A stretch of 63,660 nucleotides of DNA, filler included, from Octopus bimaculoides (lineage: Eukaryota), in NCBI RefSeq assembly GCF_001194135.2. It is 5 parts of 5 records of this genome, joined end to end, with 100 filler letters (N's around TTAATTAATTAA, not from the genome) between each part and the next. Parts side by side here need not be neighbours in the genome. Positions count along the whole stretch, not along the records: positions 1 to 26,651 come from NC_068997.1; 4 more parts are not named here. The stretch is one strand, 5' to 3'. The notes below the pieces were generated by a model. It saw nothing but the letters and a program-made list of their open reading frames with translations. It was not told the origin of the DNA and did no database searches. Positions 1 through 12,359 of the stretch are shown in pieces (the first letter of the stretch is position 1; each line of letters opens with the position of its first letter). The translations under genes were made by a program, and so were the position numbers.

Positions 1-116
1 TATATATATACAGATATAAAAGAATTCATTTATCATTTACTGGTTATCCATAAGAACCGTCACGAAATTGACACAAACCCAGTTTGTTTACAACTATTTC
101 TTTTCTCTCTTTTCAG

Positions 117-541
117 ATGATATTCAAATGGGCTGCAAGGAGCTGCGGTCAAAGAAATATATTTCTGATGGATCTTGTACGTCAATAAAGCCAGTGATGG
201 AAATGATATGTACTGGTTATTGTTTACCGATAGATAAATTGCCTTGGTACGCAGAATATGTTAAATATTGGTCTCGAACAAAAATTCTGGAATGGCGGTG
301 TGTTGAAGAACGCATTCGTCGGAAAGAAGTACCTCTTTTGTGCAATGATGGACAAATAAAATATTATAACATTAAAGTTGTTAAAAGTTGCACTTGTAAA
401 CGTTATCATCCGAATGAGAACAGATCTGATTATAAAATAAAATATAAGACATCGAGAAAATCGAGAAGACATCGAAAGCGCGGCAGACGCACAAAAAGCC
501 GTAAAAACCGAAAAAATAAGACTTTAAGAAAAACTAACTGA
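117..541 (+). CDS. SOSTDC1: Terminal coding exon of a sclerostin/SOSTDC1-like secreted cystine-knot protein (DAN-related Wnt/BMP antagonist family)
   Basis: Translation QMGCKELRSKKYISDGSCTSIKPVMEMICTGYCLP...KYWSRTKILEWRCV...LLCNDGQIKYYNIKVVKSCTCKRY closely follows the vertebrate SOSTDC1 pattern recalled from memory (VGCRELRSTKYISDGQCTS...CAGECLP...KYWSRR..EWRCV...CQDG...CKCKRY). Eight Cys with CxGxC and CxC motifs. Acceptor ttttctctcttttcAG at 115-116 gives a phase-1 exon start; stop TGA 539-541. The symbol means -like, orthology to SOST versus SOSTDC1 is not resolved. The signal-peptide exon lies upstream of the window. Confidence 0.93.
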
Positions 542-3099
542 GCTTTGGAAGCAGTTGTATATGTGTTAAATGTGAAAGGAGAAGAATGGTAAACAGCTAA
601 GGGTTGTGACTGACCCTTAAAAGTGTAAAAACTGAATGGTATGATTTAAGACATCAAGAACCATTATAGATTGAACAAACTGTGTTGTTTTCGTCTTATC
701 CTCATTGCAGTCATTCAGATTGGAAACCTACGTTCTAAAGACTTTAACATGATATGACGACAACATCGTTCAATTCACAGAGAAAAATGGTAGATACAAA
801 GAAAGCAATGCTAAGTGATATAATTCTCCTGAAATATAGCTCCCCTAAAGCCTGTCTGGCGCCAAGAGTTCTTCATGACGTGGATGTTCGGTAGGAGGCA
901 ACCAGCTGACAGCGTCTGACCATTGACACCAATCTGTTCCAAACTTTCAGATTTGGAGACAGAATTTTGTTGGTTTTTTTTTTTTTAATTTCCTTTTATT
1001 CTCTTGAAGGAACAATGTAAATACCAGAAGACTATTTTTATCACAAAAACATTGACCAAGCATTCGTCAAAGGCTTTATCTAAGCTTAAGTTTGCTTTGT
1101 CAGCTAGAACAATATGTACATATATTCTATATTGTGTGTTTGCGCGCGTATCTGTACAAGTATGGGTGTATATGCCTGTTTGAATGCGAAAAGGTGATAT
1201 AACTTACACATTTGACTGGTTATAATCCAGGTTCGATCTATAGTCATGGCACTAACAATTCTCCAGCGCCAAATTTCTACTTTCCTCTATAAAGTTTATC
1301 TACAAGATTTAGAATAAAATTATTACCCTTCATCGTATCTTACTAGTAAGAATCTTTGTTTTGAGCTACATATTGCATTTAGAAGCACTAGAAACTCTTA
1401 GTTACCGAAGTGTCTACGCTGAATAATGTTAGCTGAACACAGCTGGTATATTCTAATTTAATCTACATTAAGATCAACTGTATCAGAATTAAAATGAAAC
1501 CTGAACTTAATATTAGTTCATATTTAATTCATTAACCTGCATTTGCTGCGGTTACAGACAGATACCTGGAATAGATGGTAAAATAAGGACAAAGAGAGTA
1601 TCGTCTTTTAAAATGCAATTAATATTCTTTTCGACACAGTTCTACATCTAGTTGACACTTAGCAAGACTGATAAACTAATATCAAACGAGAAATCAATAC
1701 AAAAGTATGTTTACACAAAGTGTAAAATGGCTAGTAGAAAAAAAGAATGAAGTTTATGTAATATCCTTTCATCTATCCCGAATTCTATTCACTGAAGCTC
1801 TAAATTACACATCACATCCGTCGTTTTCTATTACATACTTTTACTTCACAGATAGTTCATCCATTATGAAACCATATTACATATTTCTCCACACAAGTAT
1901 CCACTGCACTTTACACACAGTTAACTATCAACTTACGAAGCCTACTTTTATTATAAGACTCTATTCTTTTAACACATACAAATTCCAAAATACCAGCTAG
2001 GCTTTTAACTTCAAAGCTCAATTAAATGTATAAATTTCTGAGATGAGTTCTTGTTATATAATTTAACTTCATCTTTAAGGATGAAAGCAATTTTTAATAT
2101 CTACTTCTACAGTACGTTTTGGTCGCTTTGATCTCCGAGCAAAACGTTGTGGAGATCTAAATATTTGTTTTGTTTTTCGTTTCTTTTTTAATACTAATCT
2201 CTAAAGATGAAGTTAATGGTCCGAAAAATTATAACCTTAATTAAGGCCCAACTTTAAATTTTCCAGATCATAATATAAACGGTAATCATCTCTAATGCCA
2301 AACAATACATTTTTAACTTTATCTCTAAGTAAATATATTTCAAATAATTCGCAATGTTTCATTCAAATAAAAACTAGATTATTTATTTCCGCTATTGTTA
2401 AAATCTGTACATTTTCAGCTACCTTTAACAAATAACTTCCCTATTTTTACTCTGCCATTAAAAGCTTGGTGCTTTTTTTATCTTTAAAAGTTTAGATGCT
2501 TTCTCCAGTTGTCGAATAACAATTTCTGTAGTTTTTCAAAACCAAAATCTTTCATTATTATTATTATTTTTTTTTTTTACATAACTTTGAAAATATAAAT
2601 TATACGCTTTCTCTGTCAATAATATCTAACTTTCATGCCTTCCTCAGATCTTGAAACCTAAGTGTCATGCTTTTTCTAAGTATTTGAAATCTAACCTATA
2701 TAATTATTGCTGTACTTACAGTCTTCCTGTAATATTTCTTTATACTTGCCGTCTAAGTTATACGTTTCATTCCGTCTTTGATGTCCACGTTATATGTTTT
2801 CTTGTGTTCTTGTAGTTAACGTTCTGTGTTTATTACTGTTTGTGCAGTCAATCAAACATGTTTTATTTTGTTCTTGAAAACTAAGTTATATGAATTGTCT
2901 CATTCGAAACAGAAAATGAAGCTATTTTGTAAAAACCTATGTTGAGAATAAAATTACTGTAATGTTCGCTGAATATTATTGTAAATGGAAATACTGTTCG
3001 TCCAATCATTTATTATAAGATTATTGAAACAAAACTTGTATATCAAGGATTATGTTACACGATACAGGGATTTCACTGGAGCAGATGTGAGCAATGATT

Positions 3100-3315
3100 A
3101 ATCCACATTACTCTGTAAGGAGCACAGAGCCGGCTTCCCTGTTTCTCTGGCGTTTGTGTATTCCCCTTGGATGGGACGCTGGTCCATCGCATGGTGACTC
3201 GTTTTTGCCAGCTGAGCAAACTGAAGAAACATGAAATGAAGTGTTTTGTTCAAGAACACAACGCATCGCCCGGTGCAGGAATCGAAACCACAATCTTGAG
3301 TCCAACAGCCTAACA
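3100..3315 (-). mobile_element. tRNA-derived SINE
   Basis: Reverse strand reads gttaggctgttggactc...ggtttcgattcctgcaccggg (B-box-like) and shares the cttg(t/c)tcaag(a/g)(a/g)cacaa core with the 22611-22910 element. Confidence 0.7.
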
Positions 3316-4844
3316 TCTAAGCAATAATTGAGCCAATTAAAGAATTGTGTTAATAATAGATAATTCATGTGTAGGAACTCTTACAAAAGGAGAAATGAGA
3401 CGACATCTAACGACTAAAGTGGAGCAACATGGAAAAGTTCTGATTAGAGAGGAAATATCATCTTCTGAGACAGGCGAAACTGTTAATAAATGTTTATATT
3501 AGAGGAGAATATAAACCAAAAATGGAAGACCAAAAATATTCAAAGAATCTTTAGAATTAATTTCAAATCTAACCAAATTCCAAGATATAACATGAATTTA
3601 CAAAATAGGCTCAATGTCACATAATTTGGGGCCGAAAGCAGTCGATTAAACTGATATCGATACTCGATTTCATTTCATTAACTATGAGATGGGGATGACA
3701 AGTAAAGTTAACCACGATTGAATTTGAACATAGAACTTAAAGGGTCGTAACTATATTCTGCAAGGTATTTTGTCCAATGGTCTATTCTGGCACTCATGAA
3801 ATAAATTTCAATATTTTCCAAATTTGACCGGTAATCTTCCGGCGGGATTGTAGCACCTTGGTTTAAGTACATTAAAATCCCAGTACCAAGAAAAAATGTT
3901 GAGTCACGCTCAGCCGACACCTAAGTAAAAAGACAGATTTAATAAAATATGGCAGCTCAAATAGACAACTTTTTACTATTCATTTGATATTCAAATGGTA
4001 TCAAAATGGTAGTATTTCACGGGAATTTACAGCTCGACTTTGTCCCCATATTTTAGCGTCGATATTTCTTCTGTTGTTACGGTTTATTATGGAAAGAAAG
4101 TATTTACTTGACGGAGCTGAAGGCCTAAAGTTATTTCATCGAAAATATACCGAAATCTGATATTCAGTAAAACTAAAGAAGTTATATCTGTTGTCTCTTA
4201 AAAATAAACACTGTCAACTGAAACGTTTCTATAAATTGTTTCAATATTTTTACCTTGATCTCGGTTTTGTAAATTATCAAAGTATCTTAGCGTCTTAACA
4301 AAAACCGGATTAAATAATGTAGTCCTAGCTGCACTGTGCCTTAATGTGATGGTTCGATTGTTGCCTAACTCACTTATGGGATACTCGGGTAGAGATAATA
4401 ACAGCCAAATATTCTGCAAGTTCAGAGTTTCAATGCCAAACCTCTTTTTTCTTAGCTGATCTGGAAACAATTAATTGAGAAACTCGCCAAGAACAAAGTA
4501 CAAAATCCTTACATTTTAGTGAGTTTATATTTGATATGACAGAGTTGTATTCACGTATTTTAGCTGATAAAGATGTAATGAGTTTTGTTAGTTTTGATAT
4601 TAATCGTAAATTCATTTCTAACAATGAACAACGAAAGGAAAGTGTTCAGTTTTCTCGTATTTCAAAACAAACTGTGTTGTGACTTGTAAATGGGCTTTCA
4701 AAAACGGAGAGCTGGCTACACATACAGTCCACAAAAAAAAAGTCTAAATTCAGTGAACGGCTGTATAAATGTACAAAATAAAACCCAATTTAAAATAATG
4801 ATACTTCAGTAATAGGACAATAAATGATATACGTGTATATGCAT

Positions 4845-4911
<67 letters not shown>

Positions 4912-4935
4912 TGTGTGTATATATATGTACGTATG

Positions 4936-4966
<31 letters not shown>

Positions 4967-5189
4967 GCATATATAAATATATACATACATATAAATATGT
5001 GAAAACATCATACAAGTAACCAGACTGATTACAACATCTCTAATAAGTTATGGAGTAAGAAGTATTGGATGGGAAAAGGATGAGCGAAAGAAAAAGAACA
5101 TCGATAGAAAAACTTGGAAGCAACTCACAGGAATAAGGTTAGTAATTTTTCTCACTTCCCCTTTTCGTATAACATGGTCTTAGAATAAG

Positions 5190-6850
5190 CAGTATGAATG
5201 CATATAGATTAAGGTCACCTTGGAGCAACGTTACTTGTTCAACGAGTTCAGGTCAATATAGATGTGGTAGCCATCAGTGAGACTGGAATTTCCGCGGTAC
5301 GAGCCTTCATGCCCACCTTCTACATTTGTAAGATGTATGTATCTTCAAATCTACTGTAACAGAAACAGTTGTGTTGTTTTTTGTCTTTTTTTTTCGGAAA
5401 AGTCGGGGCCCAGAAGCTATGTCGGTTTTGCTGGAGGTGACCAACAATGAAGACCATACTTTCCGACTAGTAGCTGCCTACGGCCCCATATGGATGTACG
5501 ATCAGATTCCCTTTGGTATCTATAATGATTTTAATAGAAGGAGAAGGATTAGAATGGCATTGTGGAATTGTCAGTGACTAGCCGAAAGGAGAGGAAGGTA
5601 AAAGCATCACAATTCTACTCAGACGCTTCCAATTATCTGATAGGGGCCGACTCAATCTCCCGTACCGTTGTCTACACGGGCTGCATTCGTTCCTTCAGAT
5701 CGTATCTGGATAGAGTATTCTGTAGGCCAATATGTAGGGATAGCGTAGATTATCTACCATTTTAAGATGTCGACTACAGTCGACCATAGACAGAGACCCA
5801 GTTACTAGAAGTTAAGTGCGTCTTTTGTCTGCATGCAAAGTTACAGTGAGTTGATAAGCGAATTATTAAAGCTTCATTAACGGGGCCAATCGTCAATAAC
5901 AGAATGACAAATGGTGGATCGATCTGAAAATAGCGATTGGAATAGAATCAGTAAGGTTTAGAAATACAACAGCGTTAGAGAAGAATTAGCTAGAAACTTA
6001 GAAGAGGCGTTTTGGAAAGGCTTCGCGACCGACGTACTGGCAGCGAAATTGGTCCTTCAACAATTCTTCGCTATGAAGTTCGAAAGTTACGTTGACAGAA
6101 CTAAGGTGTGTGCTCTAAGACACGAACGAACGAAAACCGTTCGATGAGCCCTTGTTGTTGAGGTGCAATGTGGCAACAAAACTACAGTTAGATCTGTTGG
6201 TGAGCCATGATGACTGTGTGCTAGTCGAGTGCGATTCTCGATAACAGAGGCGGTGTGTTGCGAAAAGCCACTGAAATATGGGAATCGATGGCTAGCTACA
6301 CGAAGAGTAAATTGCGGGGTTTGGATAGTCACTCTAGGAGCCTAACGTTTGTATACCAGACTTTTTCGGCAACCACTTGGAAGCTATCTACCACTACTAG
6401 CAGCTGAATGGAAGAATTCCCAGTTCTATGAACCGAGGAACAGTGTTAAGAAGGAACCTGAAAAGTGGACTACATCGATAATTTTCAGCCCATAATTCTT
6501 CTGAACACAGATTTTGAAGATTTTGGCCAAGATTTTACTGAAGAGCTTGGTGCTTATCATCGGTAGTTTTGGGGATGCTCAAACATGCAACACCCCGAAC
6601 AGATCTATGCACGACTATCTCCACTTCACACGATACAACGTAGAGAAGGTTGGTGAAGAGCCTAACATAAGTGAAGCTCTGATCAACTTACATAAATCGA
6701 AAGCTTTTGGCAGGGTCGACCACCAACATTGTCGGCTGTCCTCATGGCAACTGGTTTAGGTCTCGTCTTCAGTATCATGTCCCCAGTCCTTCAAGTGTGT
6801 CCCTTCTCATCTCTTCAATATGTACTGACTCTTGAGTCACTACTGCAGAA
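5190..6850 (+). mobile_element. Decayed, internally deleted L1/Tx1-like LINE (APE endonuclease plus RT remnants)
   Basis: Broken frames give DVVAISET, FRLVAAYGP, RSYLDRVF, then KILAKILL...QT...RSMHDYLH...KSKAFGRVDH, matching endonuclease and RT motifs in order. Many stops and frameshifts; ends approximate. Confidence 0.82.
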
Positions 6851-7161
6851 ACTAGTTCAAATTCCCCCGAGGTCGACTTTGCCTTTCATTCTTTCTGGGT
6901 CGATAAATTAAGTACCAGATACGTACTGGGGTCGATCTAATCGACTGAACCCCTCCCCAAAAATTTCGGGCCTTGTGCCTAGAGGAGAAAAGGATATTAA
7001 TAGTAATTGGTGCACTTGGAACTGCAAGAACTCTTCGCAGAGTTCTTGGAGCATGACCACTAAATAAGTGTCACATTAGTCTGCTGGTTGTGGGGTAAAC
7101 TTTCATTTACGAAGAAAAAGTTTCTTCCATTCAACAAACATTGTTTTCGTTTGAAGAACAG

Positions 7162-7227
<66 letters not shown>

Positions 7228-7383
7228 GTATGTATGTATGTAGGTAGGTAGGTGGGTAGGTAGGTACGTAGGTAGAGAGACAGATAGACAGGCAGGCAGG
7301 CAGACAGACAGATATACACGTGTATGAATATATTTATATACCTGCCTACCTATCTACACACATACATCTACATATGTGTGTGC

Positions 7384-7437
<54 letters not shown>

Positions 7438-8729
7438 TATTAATTTATAAGCTAAAATATATTACATTATTATATACATTTTACTCATCTACAAAATATA
7501 TTTATCTCTTCATCTCTGAACCTTCCCAGCTAACTCCACACAAACCGACCTACCTACTTACTCTACCCACACACCTAACAACCTGGCTATCTAACTACCT
7601 GCATGCTGTTACATATACACAACTAACACACACACGAACATATACACAGCCACATACATATATATATATACATACGTACATACATACATACCTACATACA
7701 TATGTCGATCTCTAATGTCGGGTTCTTTTTTTTTCTTGGAAGATTTTAATATCTTTTCATACAGAAAAGTATTGTTTTGCTCAGTTTTATTTAGCCTTTT
7801 ATCCATTCTCTGGTCCCTTCACAGAATATAATAGGAAAGCGCTTCTCTGTAAGGAGTACATTTTGCAGGAAACAAACGAAGGCGTAGCGATACCAGCTGC
7901 GACTTCATCTTTATCTTTTATACTGTTGAGGCAAAGACACAAACTGTTCAGCTTACAACAGTTGTAATATTTATGAAAAGAAGAAAGAAAACGAAAAAAA
8001 GAATAAAGAGAATTAAAAAGGTAAATGAAAAAATAAACAAGGATAATTAAAAAGAAAAGCATTATACAAAACAGAAAAAAAAAACTACTATGTCAAAATC
8101 TTTCTTGTTGATAAGAAAGGAAAGAAATGGCGAGATATTTTTGCTTTCCCAAATAGTAACAGAAAATGCAAGAAAAACAGGATGAAAATGAATGTGGGGG
8201 TCGAGCGGGGAGGAGAGAGGGCTGGCCCCTAATCAAAAGAACAAATATTTCAAGGAGAAACATTGCAACACCATCAACTTTTTTCTTTCTTTCTTTTATT
8301 TTATTTTTTCTTTAGTTTTCTCTGTTTGTTCTGGGTTTTTTTCGCTATTTGTTTTTCATCAACTGATGGGAAAAAAACTCACAGAACAACATACATACAT
8401 ACATGCATACATACATACGTACATACATACATACATACATACATACATACATACCTACACACACACACACACACACACACATACACACACATAGACGCGC
8501 GCATACAGCGCCATATTAGCAAACATTAATATTATGTTTTGCACTAAATAAAGTTAATATTTTCTACAAAGACTACCATCGTTATTTATATTCAGTACTT
8601 TTTGCTGGATTTTTTTAATCTCACCATTTTTTCTATAAATGGGAAACGACTTACATAAGTTTTACGTATTTCTTTATCGAAACGATTGCTTCTTCACTCA
8701 AGTGGCATCAGTTACAACAGATCACGCCT

Positions 8730-8957
8730 ATGCGAGCTGGCAGAAACGTTAGCACGCCGGGTGAAATGCTTAACAGTATTTCGTCCGCCGCTACGTTCTG
8801 AGTTCAAATTCCGCCGTGGTCGACTTAGCCTTTCATCCTTTCGGGGTCGATAAATTAAGTACCAGTTACGCACTGGGGTCGATGTAATCGACTTAATCCG
8901 TTTGTCTGTCCTTGTTTGTCCTCTCTGTGTGTAGCTCCTTGTGGATAGTAAAGAAAT
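8730..8957 (+). mobile_element. tRNA-derived SINE, family A, near full length
   Basis: gcgagctggcagaaacgttagc...gagttcaaattcc (B-box-like)...ggtcgataaattaagtaccag. Other copies, approximate: 3625-3740(-), 6850-7000(+), 16630-16800(-), 16838-17030(+), 21095-21300(-), 22015-22200(-), 39140-39300(+), 39360-39500(+), 49250-49440(+), 49495-49640(+), 49652-49694(-), 50020-50180(-). Confidence 0.88.
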
Positions 8958-9011
8958 AACACGCACACACACGCGCGCATGCACGCTCACACGCACACAC
9001 ACATATACATA

Positions 9012-9233
9012 CGACGGGGTGCTGAAAAGTTCCTGGCTTCAAGGATCTCGCGAAAGGCCTGGTTGGAGGCCCAACCTTCCGAGTTCTTTTACAGGGCTTA
9101 GAAAAACTGAAGGACTGCTGCAGTAAGTGTGTGAATCTGGGGGGAGGGGAATCTGTTGAAGAAGATCATAAACTGACCACCACCTGCTGTATTTTCTTTT
9201 ATTCAAAACCAGGAATTTTTCAGCGCCCCCTAG
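9012..9233 (+). mobile_element. Non-autonomous mariner (MITE-like) element
   Basis: Imperfect ~28-bp TIRs (CGACGGGGTGCTGAAAAGTTCCTGGCTT versus reverse complement CTAGGGGGCGCTGAAAAATTCCTGGTTT), TA on the left and CA on the right, internal remnant LKDCCSKCVNL..ESVE of a transposase C-terminus. Confidence 0.8.
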
Positions 9234-12200
9234 CATACTTAGTGCTTCTCCTCCTCCTCCCCTTCCTCTCTGTAAGCCATACTATATCTCCCCCCCAACC
9301 CTCACACTGTCCATTAGCCTTGACTGCTACTCCTAATTTCCCCGCTTCTAAAACTCTAATATCTGCCTTGTCTTTTATTTTCAGCTATAATATATATGCT
9401 ATAATCCACAGCTATAAATCCTCAGCTATAATCTATGCAATATAATCCTTAGATTATTAATTCTATTCACGTCAGATTCCTTTCAGTTTCCGTCTGCCGA
9501 ATTCCCTCACAAAACACCCGTCAACTCGAGACTACGTAGAAAGCCACATGTTCAATGATTCCATGCAGTGGGATCGAACCTGGAATCACAGGATTGTTAA
9601 GAAAACTTCGTAGTGTATCAGCCATATGTTTGTGGGGGGGGGGGCTGTATCTACACGTGTATAATGCAAAACAACACGGTCAAAGTCGGTGGGGGTGGAG
9701 AGCATAATACTTGACTAAAAGAGGTGGGGAGTCTAGAAAAGAATATTACTGCTTTTTAGGTGCAAAAACCGGGGTGACTTTATATTCGTCATCGCACTGT
9801 GTGTGTGTGTGTNNNNNNNNNNNNNNNNNNNNNNNNNNNNNNNNNNNNNNNNNNNNNNNNNNNNNNNNNNNNNNNNNNNNNNNNNNNNNNNNNNNNNNNN
9901 NNNNNNNNNNNNNNNNNNNNNNNNNNNNNNNNNNNNNNNNNNNNNNNNNNNNNNNNNNNNNNNNNNNNNNNNNNNNNNNNNNNNNNNNNNNNNNNNNNNN
10001 NNNNNNNNNNNNNNNNNNNNNNNNNNNNNNNNNNNNNNNNNNNNNNNNNNNNNNNNNNNNNNNNNNNNNNNNNNNNNNNNNNNNNNNNNNNNNNNNNNNN
10101 NNNNNNNNNNNNNNNNNNNNNNNNNNNNNNNNNNNNNNNNNNNNNNNNNNNNNNNNNNNNNNNNNNNNNNNNNNNNNNNNNNNNNNNNNNNNNNNNNNNN
10201 NNNNNNNNNNNNNNNNNNNNNNNNNNNNNNNNNNNNNNNNNNNNNNNNNNNNNNNNNNNNNNNNNNNNNNNNNNNNNNNNNNNNNNNNNNNNNNNNNNNN
10301 NNNNNNNNNNNNNNNNNNNNNNNNNNNNNNNNNNNNNNNNNNNNNNNNNNNNNNNNNNNNNNNNNNNNNNNNNNNNNNNNNNNNNNNNNNNNNNNNNNNN
10401 NNNNNNNNNNNNNNNNNNNNNNNNNNNNNNNNNNNNNNNNNNNNNNNNNNNNNNNNNNNNNNNNNNNNNNNNNNNNNNNNNNNNNNNNNNNNNNNNNNNN
10501 NNNNNNNNNNNNNNNNNNNNNNNNNNNNNNNNNNNNNNNNNNNNNNNNNNNNNNNNNNNNNNNNNNNNNNNNNNNNNNNNNNNNNNNNNNNNNNNNNNNN
10601 NNNNNNNNNNNNNNNNNNNNNNNNNNNNNNNNNNNNNNNNNNNNNNNNNNNNNNNNNNNNNNNNNNNNNNNNNNNNNNNNNNNNNNNNNNNNNNNNNNNN
10701 NNNNNNNNNNNNNNNNNNNNNNNNNNNNNNNNTATATATGGCGGACCTCTTTCAGTTTCCATCTACCAAATCCACTGACAAGGCTTTGGTCGGCCAGAAA
10801 CTATCGCAGAAGACGCCCAAGTTTCGACGCAATGGGACTGAACCGGTCACCATGTGGACGGGATGCAAACTTCTTACCGTCACACCTATATATTTACGAT
10901 TCAGTGGTAAAAGTTAGTTTGCAATTTTTCTTGTTTCTGTTGTTTTTTAATTACTTAAATCCAATTTTCAGGTGATATCCTATGACAGGTGCTAGCATGG
11001 CTTTTTTTTCCCACCACGTGGTTCTGGGTTCAATACCACAGCGCGACAACTTGGGGAAGTGCCTTGTATTATAGCCCCGGATGGAGCACTGCCTTTGCGA
11101 ATAAATTTGGTGAGCGGAAACTGTGTGGAAACACGTCGTATGTATGTATATGTATATATATATATATATATAACACATATGTGTGTATGTGATTATATCC
11201 ATTTGTGTGTGTTGTGTCTGTATTTACCCCACTGCCGTTTGACAACCAATGTAGGTTTGTTCACATCCCCATAACTTTGCAGCTCGGCAAAAAAGATCAA
11301 CATAAGTACCTGAGTTAAAAAAGAAACAGGTACTTGGGTCATTTTGTTCACCTTAACCCTTCACGGCAATGCCCCAGCATGGCCTCAATTCTTATGACTG
11401 GAAGATAAAAGACGAAGAGTAATAGGTAGACTCATATATTAACAGTAGTTAGAACTAGGTTAGGCAAGGCAAAGGAAGGGCGGTGCCTTGGTTTAGTCGG
11501 AAGGTGGGCTTTCAAGTAGCTGTCAAGGTTAGCAAGCCAACACAACGGTAAGCCAGCTAGGGTGGGCCGACTGGCGGATTTAGATGAAGGGGCGGCAACT
11601 TCATCGAATCAAAACAAACAAGTTAGTGGCATGGATCATAGCAGACTTCTTTAGCGTGTAGTCGGGCCGAGGTATATTCACTAACAAACTGACTTTGCTT
11701 AACTGTCACTCCCTTTCCTGTTTTCTCAGCGCACCTGCCCGTTTGACTGGCAAACGGTGAAACACAGGCACACAATTAGATGACTAAGTATGTGTACAGG
11801 GCGCAATGAGTTAAGCCGCAAATCACAGCTGTGCAGCTGGCCGCACCTATGACGTTACAGTCATTATCCATTGACCTAGTTCTGGCCGAAGTAGATTTTA
11901 AATGGACAATAATGTGTGCGTGTGTTTGTGTGTGTGTGTCTATCTGTATGTATGAATGTGTATGTGCGTCTATGTGTGTGCGCGCGCGTTTGTTTGTGTG
12001 TGAATGTGTTTGCGTGTGTAAGTGTAGCGAACACAAGGAACATAACCAACACACTTGTTTACCACATATGAAAGACACTTTACCCGCAGCACATTTGGTA
12101 ATTTCATCCTCCTTCGGCTCTATTACGTGTGCCTCTCTTTTACTTGCAATGCCTGCAGACAATCATAAAGACCTTACAATTGAAAGGAACGCATTTCTGA

Positions 12201-12303
12201 GGTGCAATAATATTATTTTGATGTTTTTAATCGTTCGAAATCTCAACATTTGCACAACGTTTATGTTGCTGCTTTTTCATGTCTCTCTCTCTCACTCTCT
12301 CTC

Positions 12304-12359
<56 letters not shown>

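Noticed and set aside
68-116. ORF-track N-terminus MTQTQFVYNYFFSLFS of the sclerostin-like ORF
   Set aside because: Begins at TTG and runs through a polypyrimidine tract and AG acceptor; it is intron sequence.
4270-4670. Two short + strand open stretches, one with IFCKFRVS faintly like GPCR TM3
   Set aside because: Bounded by stops, no DRY-like motif or coherent TM series; too weak to call.
8730-8830. tRNA-like A/B box sequences as tRNA genes
   Set aside because: They are SINE heads continuing into shared SINE bodies; no complete cloverleaf.
9711-10975. Long ORFs of 150-460 aa here and at other N gaps
   Set aside because: They are runs of X from assembly gaps, not coding evidence.
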